Below are positions 17,083-17,431 of a DNA stretch of 17,431 bases, in pieces; the stretch's first letter is position 1, and each line of letters starts with the position of its first letter. The position numbers were made by a program, and so were the translations under genes. Origin of the DNA: a virus (lineage: Duplodnaviria; Heunggongvirae; Uroviricota; Caudoviricetes). Below the pieces are notes generated by a model. It saw only the letters and a list, made by a program, of their open reading frames with translations. It did no database searches and was not told the DNA's origin. Where the stretch lies: positions 1 to 17,431 of the IMG/VR virus record IMGVR_UViG_2541047898_000005. The stretch is one strand, 5' to 3'.

Positions 17083-17278
17083 TTTTTACTCACTCATCAT
17101 CAGCTGATACAAGGTCACTTTCCTGCAATTTTATAATTAAATCAAGCATAAAAACCCTCTTCACACCTTAATGCTTTCAGTGTGAAAATAATTAGTGGTG
17201 CACTGTACTGATAATAATTACGAACTTCCGCTTCTCGCTCATAACAGACATTCACTACAGTTATGGTAGAAGGTATGT

Positions 17279-17431
17279 ATGCTGATTGGGGAAAGTGTGA
17301 AAGAAAAGAAGACTGCTGCGCTGTTTGTCGTCACCTTTATCTTCATTGGCTATGCAAGTCATAATACAAGGTGGGACAAAACTGAGACACATAAGGCCTC
17401 ACAATGGCTTGCAAGGCTTTACATGTTTTGA
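17279..17431 (+). CDS. Possible small membrane peptide (50 aa), divergent from the RES-like gene; ORF ends exactly at the window edge
   Basis: ATG at 17279 preceded by AGAAGG. Translation MLIGESVKEKKTAALFVVTFIFIGYASHNTRWDKTETHKASQWLARLYMF has one hydrophobic helix. Below the ORF-track length cut-off; weak support. Confidence 0.2.
   Translation: MLIGESVKEKKTAALFVVTFIFIGYASHNTRWDKTETHKASQWLARLYMF

Noticed and set aside
15883-17136. Plus-strand ORFs (15883-16128, 16383-16616, 16699-17136) opposite the RES-like gene
   Set aside because: Antisense to a long, well-supported coding frame in AT-rich DNA; Ile/Phe-rich translations typical of AT-rich off-frame artefacts.

Overview
This window is the late (tail) region of a Mu-like / e14-like contractile-tail prophage, followed by an AT-rich cargo island. 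Tail genes run on the + strand in Mu-type order: sheath (5'-truncated at the window edge), tube, chaperone with a -1 frameshift, tape measure, DNA-circulation protein, baseplate hub, spike, gp25-like, J-like and gp48/YmfQ-like proteins, then a short tail-fibre gene. The fibre gene runs into an invertible segment bounded by perfect 18-bp inverted repeats (10079-10096 and 11911-11928), next to a Gin/Hin/Pin-family serine invertase (11995-12549). Two things stand out. First, the whole 1.85-kb invertible segment is an in-register imperfect palindrome (roughly 60-65% arm identity by eye, centred on a perfect 12-bp palindrome at 10998-11009) with no intact internal ORFs. Second, downstream of the invertase, where I recall e14 carrying mcrA, sit three AT-rich genes that look like candidate defence cargo: a 432-aa protein with a C-terminal HEPN-like R-x4-H motif, a 2-TM membrane protein, and a 459-aa protein with a Cys4 motif followed by a RES-like core. 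A related ~20-bp motif recurs at three cargo junctions. An AT-rich moron with its own promoter and terminator is also inserted between the tape-measure and DNA-circulation genes. All family assignments rest on reading the translations, gene order and remembered motifs; no database search was run.
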